64,000 nt of DNA. Origin: Raja brachyura (lineage: Eukaryota). How positions within the stretch are numbered: position 1 is the stretch's first letter; the number at the start of each line of letters is the position of its first letter. Where the stretch lies: contig OY740825.1 of assembly GCA_963514005.1 (NCBI GenBank), positions 7,874,001 through 7,938,000 on the forward strand, read 5' to 3'. Below are positions 27,201-39,990 of this stretch, piece by piece. The position numbers and the translations under genes were made by a program. The notes beneath the pieces are model-generated. The model made no database searches. It saw only the letters and a program-made list of their open reading frames with translations, and was not told where the DNA came from.

Positions 27201-30200
27201 TATGAATGTGGCCGGGGTCCCTGCCTCGGCCTCTCGTTCCGTCCCCAGCAGCCTTTGAGTAAAAGACTTTTCATCAACGCTGCCTCTCGCATCATTTAAT
27301 AGTTTAATGTGAAGCTTTATCTCCATGTGTTGACCGCTCTGAGGGAAATGTGTTGTCTATTTACTGGTCTCCCAATAACCCCCTCCATTCCACCAATCTC
27401 ATCCCGTTTCTCCCCGCATCCAACTCCGCAACTGGTGGCGCGGTGTCGCAGCTGGTAGAGCCCCTGCCTCACAGCCTCAGAGACACGGGTTCGATCCTGC
27501 ACTCGGGTGCTGTCTGTGTGTGGAGTTTGCAGGTGTTTGCTTCCCGCGACCGCGTGGGTTTCCTCCGGGTGCCCGGTTCCTCCCCCACGTCCCAAAGACG
27601 TGCGGGTTTATAGGTTAATTGGTTCTCTGTTAATTGTTCACGTAGGAGTGGATGTCAAAGTGGGACAACATAAAACTCGTGTGAGCGAGTGGACGATGAT
27701 CAGTGTGGACTCGTTGGGCCGAATGGCCTGTTTCCATGCTGTGTCTCTCAAATAAACTCAACTCAACGAGACCGTTATGGAAATTTAACACATAAAAAAC
27801 TGGAGTAATTCAACGGGACATGTTCCATTTCGCCAGAGATGCTGCCTGTCCCGCTGAGTTACTCCAGCTTTTTTGTGTGTCTATCTTCGGTTTACACCAG
27901 CATCTGCAGTTCCTTCCTACACGTTATAGATGTGTGTTTGATTTTCAGTTGCAGACGGCGTGTGGAGCTCAGGTTGTCCTCTCGTGGTGCTCGCCGGGCT
28001 GGTGCCAACCCTCCTGCTTCTTATTCTGGTGGTGAGCGCCCTGGCCGTCTGGGGCATTATCGAGAATCGCCCAGCAGGTAACGCGCCGTCTTTAACCCAG
28101 CCATGAACCGATCCGCCGAGCAAACCCTCTGACACCGACTCACTTCTAAACGTCTCCTTCAACCAGGCAACTCTAAACCCGCTGGCGGAGGAATCAGGCC
28201 CGGGCGGGGCAATCCACAACATGACGTAAGGAGCAATAATACGGGGAAACGTCAACCATTTCTACCGGGGAGGGGGGAGGGGGGAGGGGGAGGGGGGAGG
28301 GGGGAGGGGAGTGGGGGAGGGGGGAGGGGGGAGGGGAGAGGGGGGAGGGGAGAGGGGGGAGGNNNNNNNNNNNNNNNNNNNNNNNNNNNNNNNNNNNNNN
28401 NNNNNNNNNNNNNNNNNNNNNNNNNNNNNNNNNNNNNNNNNNNNNNNNNNNNNNNNNNNNNNNNNNNNNNNNNNNNNNNNNNNNNNNNNNNNNNNNNNNN
28501 NNNNNNNNNNNNNNNNNNNNNNNNNNNNNNNNNNNNNNNNNNNNNNNNNNNNNNNNNNNNNNNNNNNNNNNNNNNNNNNNNNNNNNNNNNNNNNNNNNNN
28601 NNNNNNNNNNNNNNNNNNNNNNNNNNNNNNNNNNNNNNNNNNNNNNNNNNNNNNNNNNNNNNNNNNNNNNNNNNNNNNNNNNNNNNNNNNNNNNNNNNNN
28701 NNNNNNNNNNNNNNNNNNNNNNNNNNNNNNNNNNNNNNNNNNNNNNNNNNNNNNNNNNNNNNNNNNNNNNNNNNNNNNNNNNNNNNNNNGGGATCAGCCT
28801 CATTGCCACGCTGATCGGCAGCTAGATGGGGGTGTACGGTGACGGGAGGGGGCGGATGGAGGGCCAGGGGGGTAGGGAACGCCGGAGGCAGAGGGTCGGG
28901 AGCGGGGTCTTGTGAAGGCCGTGAGCATGGGTTTGACGTGGTAGAGGAAGGGGTGGCCTGGAGTGGGGCGCTAGAGGATGGAGGGGTCTGGACCTACAGG
29001 GGAGAGGAGGGGGGGAGGGGTAGTTTTGAAGTTGGTGATGGCTCTTGGGTTGATACCGGTTATTTTGGGTAATATGAGATATGGGAAGAGGTGCAGGGCC
29101 GAGAGGGGTTCAGGGTAAGGAGAAGTGTAGGGTCTCAAGGTTATAGAGAGCGGGGGGGGGGGGGGGGGGGGGGCTGCAGAGATTTAGAGAAATAGAGAGA
29201 TTTAGAGCGGGTTACATACATTGGAAGGGGTGCAAGGGCTTCGTGAGATTAGGCGGATAGAGAGGGACAAAGGGGCTGGAGGTTTAAAATGGAGAGGAGG
29301 AGACATAAGAGTCGTAGTCGGCTAGGATTAGTGTTAGAAGTCTCTGGGGGAGACCACTTTACAGAAATAGGGGGCGATGTGAGTCTGGGCGATGAATGGG
29401 CGATAGTGATACGCGCAGGCGCTGTCGTGTGGTACAGGATTGTAGACTGTGTGCGATTAGAGAGCGTGGGGGCTGTAAAATGTGACCGAGGTCGTATTGT
29501 CAGGGGAGGGGGGATTGAGAGGGATTGTTTGCTGTTCGTTGTGACAATGACATTGAACACTTTCACCTCTAACATCGTGCCCCTCTGGTTTGGGATTNNN
29601 NNNNNNNNNNNNNNNNNNNNNNNNNNNNNNNNNNNNNNNNNNNNNNNNNNNNNNNNNNNNNNNNNNNNNNNNNNNNNNNNNNNNNNNNNNNNNNNNNNNN
29701 NNNNNNNNNNNNNNNNNNNNNNNNNNNNNNNNNNNNNNNNNNNNNNNNNNNNNNNNNNNNNNNNNNNNNNNNNNNNNNNNNNNNNNNNNNNNNNNNNNNN
29801 NNNNNNNNNNNNNNNNNNNNNNNNNNNNNNNNNNNNNNNNNNNNNNNNNNNNNNNNNNNNNNNNNNNNNNNNNNNNNNNNNNNNNNNNNNNNNNNNNNNN
29901 NNNNNNNNNNNNNNNNNNNNNNNNNNNNNNNNNNNNNNNNNNNNNNNNNNNNNNNNNNNNNNNNNNNNNNNNNNNNNNNNNNNNNNNNNNNNNNNNNNNN
30001 NNNNNNNNNNNNNNNNNNNNNNNNNNNNNNNNNNNNNNNNNNNNNNNNNNNNNNNNNNNNNNNNNNNNNNNNNNNNNCGCGTCTGCTTCCGCTTTGCGGC
30101 GACGGGTGGATGACGTTGAGGAGTGAGTGATGCGACAACTGTTCTCTTGTACCTTTGCTCTTGTCCTTCACTCACAGATCTACGCTCAGCTGCGGATTGA

Positions 30201-30210
30201 CAACAACTGA
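24238..30210 (+). CDS. IgSF gene A: non-rearranging VJ-C1-TM-Tyr-motif receptor (PRARP/VJC1-like), about 293 aa
   Basis: Exons 24238-24280 (leader MRCHLVCALSLLLQ), 25424-25750 (VJ), 26616-26906 (C1), 27949-28077 (TM), 28167-28225 and 30178-30210 (IYAQLRIDNN*). All introns are GT-AG; the total is 882 nt and in frame. The last intron spans two N-gaps that could hide further exons. Confidence 0.85.
25424..25750 (+). CDS. Gene A V-set exon with germline-joined J motif
   Basis: GDRAVLNC...INWF...GRFSG...DAGIYVC AAQHDRG FGNGSKLVVT; phase-1 boundaries. The donor gttgca is weak. Confidence 0.92.
26616..26906 (+). CDS. Gene A C1-type Ig exon
   Basis: IILLAPP...VPLVC...IHWNLSG...DGSYSVRSRFQISAESWRSGAVCTC; bounded by tttag and gtatgg. 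Confidence 0.88.
27435..27765 (+). mobile_element. tRNA-derived SINE in a gene A intron
   Basis: GGTGTCGCAGCTGGT (A-box-like), GGTTCGATCC (B box) and the same body as other copies. Confidence 0.8.
27949..28077 (+). CDS. Gene A stalk and transmembrane exon
   Basis: VADGVWSSGCPLVVLAGLVPTLLLLILVVSALAVWGIIENRPA; bounded by ttttcag and gtaacg. Confidence 0.82.
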
Positions 30211-33019
30211 TATCGAAAGGTTTTCCTTCCGCGAACATGGAACGATTTGAAAATCAAAGTCTCGCCCGGAGGTCCCTCGGTAACGACAATCCTCGGCGGG
30301 AATAACGGGCAAATTGGCCTTTAAGAAATGTAGGAAGGAACTGCAGATGCTGGTTTACACCGAAGATAAACACAAAATGCTGGAGTAACTCAGCGGGACA
30401 GGCAGCATCTGGAGATAGAACGAATGGGCAATGTTTCGAGTGGACCCTTCTTCAGACTGAGCGTCAGGGGGGAGGGAGTTACAGAGATAAGGAAGTGTAA
30501 GAGATAAAAGAGATGAAGCTCAAGGGAAAAATGCAGAATAGAACATCGGTCTTGCCTACTATGTTCTGTTGTGCGGAAGCAAAGCAAGAATTTCATTGGC
30601 CTATCAGGGACACATGACAATAAACTCTCTTAAATCTTGGTGGACAAAAATGCTGGAGAAACTCAGCGAGTGAGGCTGCATCTATGGAGCGAAGGAATAG
30701 GCGACGTTCCGGGTCGAAACTCGAAAAGTTGCCGATTTCCTTCGCTCCATAGACGCTGCCTCACCCGCCGAGTTTGTCCAGAATTTTGTGTCTACCTTCG
30801 ATTTTCCAGCATCTGCAGTTCCTTCTTAAACAATAGAATGGACCATTGTTAGATTGGGGAAGGTGACAACGAAGCAAACAGAGATATAATGTAATCAGGG
30901 GTCTCCCAAACCCGAAACGCCCCCCATTCCTTCTATCCGGAGATGCTGCCTGTCCCGTTGAGTTTCTCCAGCTCTTTGATTCTCTTGAGTGTTTGCTGTT
31001 GCACGATGCAACATGCGCCACAAGACGGCGCCGCCGTGCTGAGCCCCAATTTCCGGTGTCTGCCTTCACGAACAGAAATTGTACAGATCACCAGATATTG
31101 ACTGTAAACAAGGGATTTAAAATATATAAATGTAAAGTAGTATTTGAACTTGCATTCTAAATAAAATCTCTGGCGTCTGAACACCAACATGAAAGAAATT
31201 CGTGAAATATTCCTTACAGAAAGGCTTATTTTAACTGGAGTGGGTAGTTTCTCAGATAATTGAGGCAGAAATGTTCATATTGCATCGACACATTGGGACA
31301 GAATGAAAGTATTCCTCTGGGGTCATTCATTTAGATTATACCTGAATTTGGTGAAGGCCCTAGATACAGGAAAAATGTTCCCAAGAGACTTATCTCCTCG
31401 TCGCATATATCCTCAATGGGATGGAGTGGAGGGCGAGCGAGCCGGGAGCCGTTCATTGCACAATAGTTAGGCTCAACGTCTAGCGAAAGGTTCTGTCCTT
31501 TGGCAAGAGAGACGTACTAAAATATCCCTGGATGCAAACCATGCATCGCGGATTCTCTTTGTTGGGACAACGTTATTTCTGTAACAAAGTATAAAGCTGT
31601 GTTTGACAAAATCGTGGCTGTCTAATTTTGCGTCGGGTCTTGCCGCCGACCAGCAAACATAATTGAACATTAACTAAATGTGAATGCGGCGATAGATAGA
31701 TTATTGATTAGTGCGGGGTTCATGGGTTATAGGGAGAAGGCAGGAGAATGGGGTTAGGAGGGAGAGATAGATCAGCCGTGATTGAATGTCGTAGGCTTGA
31801 CGGCCGAATGGCCTCATTATGCTCCCTTCACTTAATGCCTTATCATCTAAATTCTGGAGTAAACAGATGCGTATATGGCTGACGAGATGATAGGATTATA
31901 GGAAGCATTCATTAACGGCCGAACCCCTCTCCTGTGGACTGTAAATCGCCGGGCATTGTCTTCAGGGGTAACACAAAATGCTGGAGGAACTCAGCGGGTG
32001 CAGCAGTATCTATGGAGCGAAGGAGATAGGCGACGTTTCGGGCCGAAACCCTTCTTCAGATTGTCTTAACTTCAATTTAGAGATACGGTGAGAAAACTGG
32101 CCATTCGGCGCACCGAGACCGCGCCGACCAGCGATCACCGCGTACACTAGAGCTATCCTACACACAGGAGACCATTTACAATTTTACCGCAGCCAATTAA
32201 CCTACAAACCTGTGCGTCTTCGGGCTGTTGGAGGAACCCGGAGCACCACCGGGTCACGGGCAGAAAAGACAAACTCCCTTCAATAGAAGATAAAACGCTG
32301 AAGCCTTCTATTAACGATGTCGTGAAGGGTAGAAAATAAACATGAGAAAGAGAGAGAGTCGGTATGGATTTGTGAAGGACAAAAAGGTGAGAATCCAAAG
32401 AATTATAACACGTGCATCATTCTCCCAAACGCGCGAATGTGATTGTAGAACTCGTCCCGCCAGCGAGTGTTGGAGTCGCGCAAAATGGGTTCCAGGGAGA
32501 CGCGCGGCCGAAGAAATCCCTCCACACCCAGGACTCGACAGAAAGGACATCGGATTGCAAAGTGGATGAATCCGGACGTGTTTTATCCCGGCGCTTCGCC
32601 TTCCTCCATACTCTATGCGAGAAGGTATCTGCAACGAATCTCAATATATCTAGCCCCTACTAACCCCCCCCCCCCCCCCACCTTCGACCCCCCCCCCCCC
32701 ACCCCGCGGTGTACTGGCAGCAATGGTCAGAGCGCCGAGCATGGGCATGTGAACATTCTCTCAGGCGCCTCACACTGTTGAGGGAGTCAGCAGAAACAGT
32801 TCGGCAGGTACATGGATAAGACCGGTTTGGAGGGATATGAACTAAGCGGTGGGACTAGTGTAGCCGGCGGGATATGTTGGCCAGTGTGGGCCAGTTGGGC
32901 CAAAGGGCCTGTTTCCACACTGTATCACTCTACGACCAGTTCAGCGCCTATTGTTTGGGCTGCCTGGCCGCATGCGTTCAACACCACCTGCCACATATCC
33001 CCTCTCGCAGCCAAATGCA

Positions 33020-33185
33020 CTCAATGACGTCGAATGTGCAAACAGGAAACCCGCAGCAGGCATCACTACCGCGCGGGACTTTCCACTCAACTTTCTTTAA
33101 ACGGGGGGTCTAATTTCGGCAACTGGCCCACATTTCACTTCGCTTCCGAGCAGAACCGTATCCGGGCAAACTCCCGGGTGCGTAG
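33020..33185 (+). promoter_or_regulatory. Gene B proximal promoter with NF-kB, IRF/Ets and CRE-like motifs
   Basis: GGGACTTTCC at 33075-33084; TTTCACTTCGCTTCC at 33133-33147; TGACGTC at 33025-33031. All lie within about 160 nt of the ATG at 33186. Confidence 0.6.
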
Positions 33186-36100
33186 ATGGCGGCGACCGCG
33201 ACCGTCAGCGTCTTAACGATTTGTTTCCTGGTCCATATCCTCGCAGGTTAGTCCTCGGTTACTTCAAATCGGGACGCAAATCCGGCGCCCGAGCGTCGAA
33301 GTAACCGGTCGAGGGAGAGAACGCCTCACGTGAAATTATCCCGGGCAGTCACAGTATTCCGTGATCCGCCATTGCCTTATATTGGACCCAGACTGTACAT
33401 GGAGCCACGTCCACTCTCTCCATGGACCAAGAGTGAGAGTCAAGAATGTTTTATTGTCGTATGTCCCGAATGGGACAGTGATATTCTTACTTGCTGCAGC
33501 ACAACAGAATATGTGAATATGTAAACATAGAACATAACGGGGGAAGGAAAAACAAGTTTAATAAATAACAAATATAGTGCATTAATAAATATCGTCTGTT
33601 GCAGCTCAGGGCTTATTCGCTGTATCAACATCCCGCGTCCGTTTGTGGAAGCGGAATGGACTTTGTGGCCTTCAATGAAGATCATTAATATTATTAGATA
33701 TTCTGAAGAAGGGTCTCGACCCGAAACGTCGCCTATTTCCTTCGCTCCATAGATGCTGCCTCACCCGCTGAGTTTCTCCAGCATTTTTGTCTACCTTCGA
33801 TTTTCCAGCATCTGCAGTTCCTCCTTAAACAAATATTATTAGATGGCCAGTACATTTCCACTGTCAGGGACTTTTCCCCCTAATATAGGCTGCCGTATAG
33901 TTTGTGACAGTGACTTCATAATGTCTTTGATGGCTGCAAACTTCACTTCTTTTACCCGCCTGAACACTTGTCCATTGTTTGTCTGCCTGTCGACGTTTCC
34001 CGCACATCTGTCCACCAATATCTTTATTTCCCCCGTTCCTTTTATAGTTTGTTCAGTCTAGTTTAGAGATACAGCGCGGAAACAGGCCCTTCGGCCCATC
34101 GAGTCCGCACCGACCAGCGATCCCCGCACACAAACACTACCCTATACACAAGAGGGACAATTCTACAATTACACATTGACACCGAGTCAATTAACCTGCA
34201 ACTCTGCACGTCTTTGGGATGTGGGAGAAAACCGAAGATCTCGGAGAAAACCCACGCAGGTCACGGGGAGAACGTACAAACTCCGCACAGACAGCGCCAT
34301 TCGGCCCTTCAGATGCTGCCTGACCCACCGAGTTACCCCAGCACTTTGTGTCTTTTTGCATCTGCATTTCTTGGTTCCACTAAACCTTCTGCTGAATTCC
34401 TTCCCTTCAGGCCTGGACCCTCGGGACTTTTACTGGCAGTCGCCGTCGGCTCAAACCCTTGATGTTGGCAATACCTTCAAGGTGGATTGCCACACGGGCT
34501 TGTTGGGAAGCGGAATGGTGTTTTGGTACAAACGGCAGCACCGACAACAACTGCAGTTAATCTACTCGGTGCTGGAGTACACGATCCCCGCCGGAAGATT
34601 CTCGGGGCAAGTTAACGACAAATCGACCATCTATTCCATGTTTATTAACAAAGTCCAGAGAAATGATTCGGGGTGGTATTTCTGTTCAGCCAGGAAATAT
34701 GGCGGAATGCCCCTCGTGTTCGGAAACGGCTCCAAACTAGTGGTTACAGGTTAGCATGAACTTAACTGACGTCGCTTGTTCACGGGTTTGTGTTTAGCCG
34801 AATTGTAATTCCATCTCCATCCCGTTCCCCGTAGGGTCTCCGCTCGCCATTGTCTTAACCCCACCGCCGGATGAGATTCGGGGGATGGAAACCGTCCAAC
34901 TGATATGTCTGGCGCAAGACGCGGCGTCCGGCTACCCATCCATACGCTGGAATGTTTCTGGACGGGACATGGAGGGATGGGAGGACTCTGGAACGATAGA
35001 CCAGGACGGGTCACACGTCGTGATCAGTCACATCACAGTCCCCGTGAAAAGCTGGCGCGTCAGTAGCTGCGAGCTGCGAACCAACTCAACTCACACCTTC
35101 ACCAGCAACAATGTCGTCGTTCAAAGAGGTAATTATCGGGAGCGTCCGATCACTAATATCTTCGTGTTAATCTTTAATTTAGCGCCACTTGGCATCGCAA
35201 CTGCCCGACAATTCTAGTGTGTAGGAAGGAACTGCAGATGCTGGTTGAAATCGAACGTACACACAAAATGTTGGAGTAACTCCGCGGGACAGGCAGCATC
35301 TCTGGAGATAAGGAATGGGTTACCTTTCGGGTCGAGTCTGAAGAAGGGTCACGATCCGAAACGTCACCCATTCCTTCTCTCCAGACATGCTGCCTGACCC
35401 GCTGAGTTACTCCAGCATTTTGTGTCTTCCTTCGACAATTCTAGTGTCCGGATTGCTGAGATCTCGTTCAAAACTCAATTAAGTCAAGGTGGATCATTTC
35501 AGAATTCGCTTGAATTTGTAATTTGTAATTTCAGTTTCCTGCTTTCGCTGATACCCGGGGTTACACGCATTTCGTGAAGCATGGAATTTCTATCAGCAGA
35601 ACGCCGGTATTCCCTTATTAGACGAATAGTCACAGCTGATTCTGAGTTTAATTCTGAGCGGAGAACCGGAAGCTGAGACAAAATGGTGCCAAAGATGTGA
35701 CTACCATAAGAATAGTCTTACACACGGTTGATTTCATTAAGAGGCCACGTATTTTCATTGCAAGTTAGAGTTTGTCTCTTGCTCTCTATGATATCTATCT
35801 GTAGATATAATTCATGCATCTGTCTCTGTCTGCCCGGAGCTTTCACGTTTCCATACATAGGGATTCAATATTTTTCAGAAATATTTGAGATGAACATATT
35901 GGGGATCTGCGTGATAAGGGAACTGCCACCAGTTTATTGAGTTCCTCGTATACATTATCTGTGTACTGTGGACCGCCTGATTGTGTTCATGCTGAGTTTT
36001 ATCTTTGACTGGATGGCACGCAAACAAAAGATTTTCACTTCACCTCAGTACATGTGGCGATAATTAACTAAACGAAACGAAACTAAACTCTCATTGAATA

Positions 36101-38742
36101 CATTCTTAGAGTAGGTAATTATGGGATAGATATGTTTGGACTAATAAATGGAATGTTTCCTTTCCATTCCAGGTGCGTCGCCTTGGGATACTTGCATATC
36201 GTTGCGGTTTGTGGGATTTCCGGTAGCGATCATCCTTCTGGCGTTGGTTCTTGTGGTTGTCTACAAACGCTGCAGGAAGTGGGGTAGGAATCCTCGGGAA
36301 TTGCTCCAACTCCACGTGCCTCTCTTTACCGATCCACCGTCTGGGCGTGCCTATTGGGGAGTCGTTTCGGACGAAATTTAATGCTAACTCTAATCTGAAA
36401 TCCATGTTTCATGGCAGACAACCAGCATGGCAACGATGACTTCACAGACGCGAGGACAGGCCGAGCGGAAAACGAAGTAGGAATATNNNNNNNNNNNNNN
36501 NNNNNNNNNNNNNNNNNNNNNNNNNNNNNNNNNNNNNNNNNNNNNNNNNNNNNNNNNNNNNNNNNNNNNNNNNNNNNNNNNNNNNNNNNNNNNNNNNNNN
36601 NNNNNNNNNNNNNNNNNNNNNNNNNNNNNNNAGTATGAAGATGCAAATCTGGAGCAGGAGTTGGCTGATGTAGTTGTGACATCAACATCAGCTCTCGTTT
36701 ATCCGTGTGCAACTATCATCAACTTTCCTATCGGTTATATCTCTGCCTTGAAATGATTAGAAGCTCTGTTCCCAACTCTGAGGTGGACCCGCTGAGGGGA
36801 ACAACCGCCTCTGGTTCTCAAATAGGCGATTCATTGTTTAACGACGTCTTGTTGTTCCCGATTCTTCAACCCGGAGACTTTTCTCGTTTCCTGTATCATC
36901 GGTTTTTTTTTGCATATCGTTCATTCATTGTTCTTTCTCTCCCCACATCATCTTCTATATCTTTCGTTTCCCTTTCCCGTGACTTTCAGCCTGAAGAAGG
37001 GTCTCGACCCGAAACGTCACCCATTCCTTCTCTCCAGAGATGCTGCCTGTCCCGCTGAGTTACTCCAGCTTATTGTGTTTATGCCGTATATATCTGTCTA
37101 TTTGTTCAGTCTATGTTTATCCGTTTCTGCCTCTTCATGTCCGCTTCACGGCTAATTTTCCTACGTACCCTAGTGCCATGGGTACATTTAAAGCTACCGA
37201 AGGCAGACACAAAATGCTAGAGTAACTCAGCGGGACAGGCAGCATCTCTGGAGCGAAGGAATGGGCGACGTTTCAGGTCGAGACCCATCTTCGGACTAAA
37301 TGTACCCAAGTCATTTGTAACAATTGTAAAACCCGGAGGCTCCAAGACCAATCCCGGCGGAACCCATATTTCATTAAAAAAAGTACATTTATCTCTGATA
37401 TAAGCAGTCAATTTTCCATTGTAATGACAACACTTGACCCAAATTCAAACTTTTTGGGGGAAAATCTAGGTGTATAATCTACCGGCATTTGCACAACGCA
37501 GACTTTGAAAAATTGTATCTCATTGCAGAATAACAGGTGGTTTCTGAAAGGTGAGAAACCATCTTGAAAATACTTATGATCTCTTCATGTCAGTTCTGAT
37601 CCTGTGTCTTAAGATTTAATGGTCTCACGGATTCTTGTCTTCCAGCCTGCGTCTAATTCTCAGTTTTCTCAATTTGGATAATTCCTCTATATTCAATGTA
37701 GACAAAAATGCTGGAGAAACTCAGCGGGTGAGGCAGCATCTATGGAGCGAAGGAATCGGTGACGTTTCGGGTTGAGGCCCTTCTTTAGCCTCTATATTCA
37801 ATGGCACTTTGTTGCTACGTTGAAATTCCTCTATTGCATAGAAAAGTTTGTCGGTAAACATCTTACATACTATACATGGGCACAGTCGCCACGTTTCCGA
37901 TTTCAAAGTTGTTAAAAATGTAGAGTCTTCACTTGGACGTAACTGCAGCGTAACTTTCACCCCCCACGTGATTCTTGTTTCCTGACCTCACTATTCTAAG
38001 ACATCCTGCGATACTCATTCTGTGAATTGGACACCACTCTTTTAAACACTGAAACGAAGCCGCTTATTTAAGTTAAATATTGTTGAGTAAATCACACATA
38101 CTCACGGATCTGGTACAGTCTACAATGTGGTCCATGTTGTCGAGACCATACGTTTATGCCTTTTGTATCTCACATTTATACCTCACGATGCCTCGGCAAG
38201 GCCAACAGCATAATTAAGGACAAGTCGCACTCTGGCCACCCCCTCTTCTCCCCTCTCCCATCGGGAAAAGGGTATAGAAGTGTGAAAAGCACACCTCCAG
38301 ATTCAGGGACAGTTTCTTCCCAGCTGTTATTAGGCAACTGAATCACCCTACCACACCCAGAGAGCAGAGCTGCACTACTATCTACCTCGTGGGAGACCCT
38401 CGGGCTATCCATGTTCGGACATTTCTGGTTTTACCTTGCACTAAATGTTATTCCCTTATCATGTATCTATACACTGCAAGTGGCCCGGTGGTAATCATGT
38501 CTTGTATTTCTGTGGACTGGTTAGCACGTTACAAAAGCTTTTCACTGTACAACGGTAATCGTGACAATAAACAAGAACCGTTCTGAGACCTGAATTTAAT
38601 GGTATTCTAGGAGAGGTTTAACGGGCCGACTGGTCTCTTCCTGTTTCCATGGCCCGCTGACGGCGATCTCCCTATTCTCTCGCAGTGTGCCTACGCTGGT
38701 TTGCGATTTAACGCAGCCCGACTCAACGATCGGAGGCGCTAG
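33186..38742 (+). CDS. IgSF gene B: non-rearranging VJ-C1-TM-Tyr-motif receptor (PRARP/VJC1-like), about 306 aa
   Basis: Exons 33186-33246 (leader MAATATVSVLTICFLVHILA), 34411-34749 (VJ), 34835-35128 (C1), 36173-36283 (TM), 36418-36476 and 38686-38742 (CAYAGLRFNAARLNDRRR*). 921 nt, in frame; AATAAA at 39191. Confidence 0.87.
34411..34749 (+). CDS. Gene B V-set exon with germline-joined J motif
   Basis: WQSPS...KVDC...VFWYK...GRFSG...DSGWYFC SARKYGGMPLV FGNGSKLVVT. Confidence 0.93.
34835..35128 (+). CDS. Gene B C1-type Ig exon
   Basis: AIVLTPPPDEI...VQLIC...IRWNVSG...DGSHVVISHITVPVKSWRVSSC; follows the V exon after an 85-nt intron. Confidence 0.88.
36173..36283 (+). CDS. Gene B stalk and transmembrane exon
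   Basis: ASPWDTCISLRFVGFPVAIILLALVLVVVYKRCRKW; bounded by ttccag and gtagga. Confidence 0.85.
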
Positions 38743-39479
38743 AGAACAAGACGTGGAGTGGAAGATATTCAACCCGGAAAGGCTGTCGGTGAAAGCTCCA
38801 GCAGCAAACTGCTAATTTCCTATCACCTCCTGGATTAATTGACAGGGTGGTGCGAATGTGTTACAGATAAGGCGTATATCATTCCCAGTACCTGCCTATT
38901 TACGGTAAGTACACGCAAGTACTGAGAAGAGAAACTCTTATCCTGACCGTGTACCGGTCGACTCAACTCGTCACATCTCCAAAGCAATTCCCACCGCGCT
39001 TTTGGAAACCGCATCCCAAGACGAATAACTATTCCCCGTCCTCGACGATGGGTTGCTACGTTCTGTTAATTTTAACCTGATCTGTGGTTCCGATTTCCTT
39101 AACCTGCTACTTCTAACTTCACTTTGCATTTCTAACATAAGACTCTGCTGTAACTCCAGAATTTAACAAAATATATCCGTGGCAATATACAATAAATCAG
39201 TTTTGAAAACTCGAGCGCTGTGCTTTATTTTTACATTTCAGATATTATCCAAATAAAATTCAGCAAGAGCATAAAATACACGTTCACGGGTCGTGATTGA
39301 ATGTCGAATGCACGATTGGCTGTGGGGATCTGAAACTGAATATGTTCAATGTCCAATAAAGGGTTCCTACCTGACTCGCGCCCTATCCCACGTTCTCCAG
39401 AGATGCCGCCGCTCAGTTACTCCAGCACATTGTGTTTGTATTTGTAAACCAGCATCACTGTGCTCGGGACATAGTAATG

Positions 39480-39990
39480 GAGCTTGCTATTGAGGGAGCG
39501 CAGCGTATTCTTGCTATTGAGGGAGCGCAGCGTATTCTTGCTATTGAGGGAGTGCAGCGTATTCTTGCTATTGAGGGAGTACAGCGTATTCTTGCTATTG
39601 AGGGAGCGCAGGGTAGGTTCACCGGGTTAACTCCAGGGATGTCGGGACTGACATATGATGAAAGAATGGGTCGACTGCGCTTGTATACACTGGAATTTAG
39701 AAGCATGAGAGGGGATGTTATAGAAACATTTAACAATCAGGGGTTGGACAGGCTAGATGCAGGGGAAATGTTCCCGCTGTTGGGGGAATCCGGAACCAGG
39801 GGTCAAGGTTTACGAATAAGGGTAAGCCGTTTAGGACTGAGATGAGAAAAAAAGACCTTTTCACCCAGAGAGTTGTGAATCTGTGGAATTCTCTGACACA
39901 GAAGGCAGTGGAAGCCGATTCTCTGGATATTTTCAAGGGAGAGTTATGTATATATTGCTCGTAGAGCGAATGGAGTCAAGGGATATGGGA
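39480..39990 (+). mobile_element. CR1 3' fragment whose 5' end is expanded into about five 27-bp tandem units
   Basis: Repeated RILAIEG(A/V)Q, followed by RFTGLTPGMSGL...LYTLEFR. Confidence 0.85.

Noticed and set aside
27435-27510. tRNA genes suggested by A/B-box motifs, here and in similar copies
   Set aside because: No cloverleaf; the motifs are the heads of multi-copy SINEs.
28790-29597. Possible LINE (L2-like) remnant or hidden exon between two gaps in gene A
   Set aside because: Only a weak motif resemblance and no convincing splice sites or ORF; cannot be classified without a search.
14337-36712. ORFs containing long X runs
   Set aside because: Artefacts of the N-gaps.
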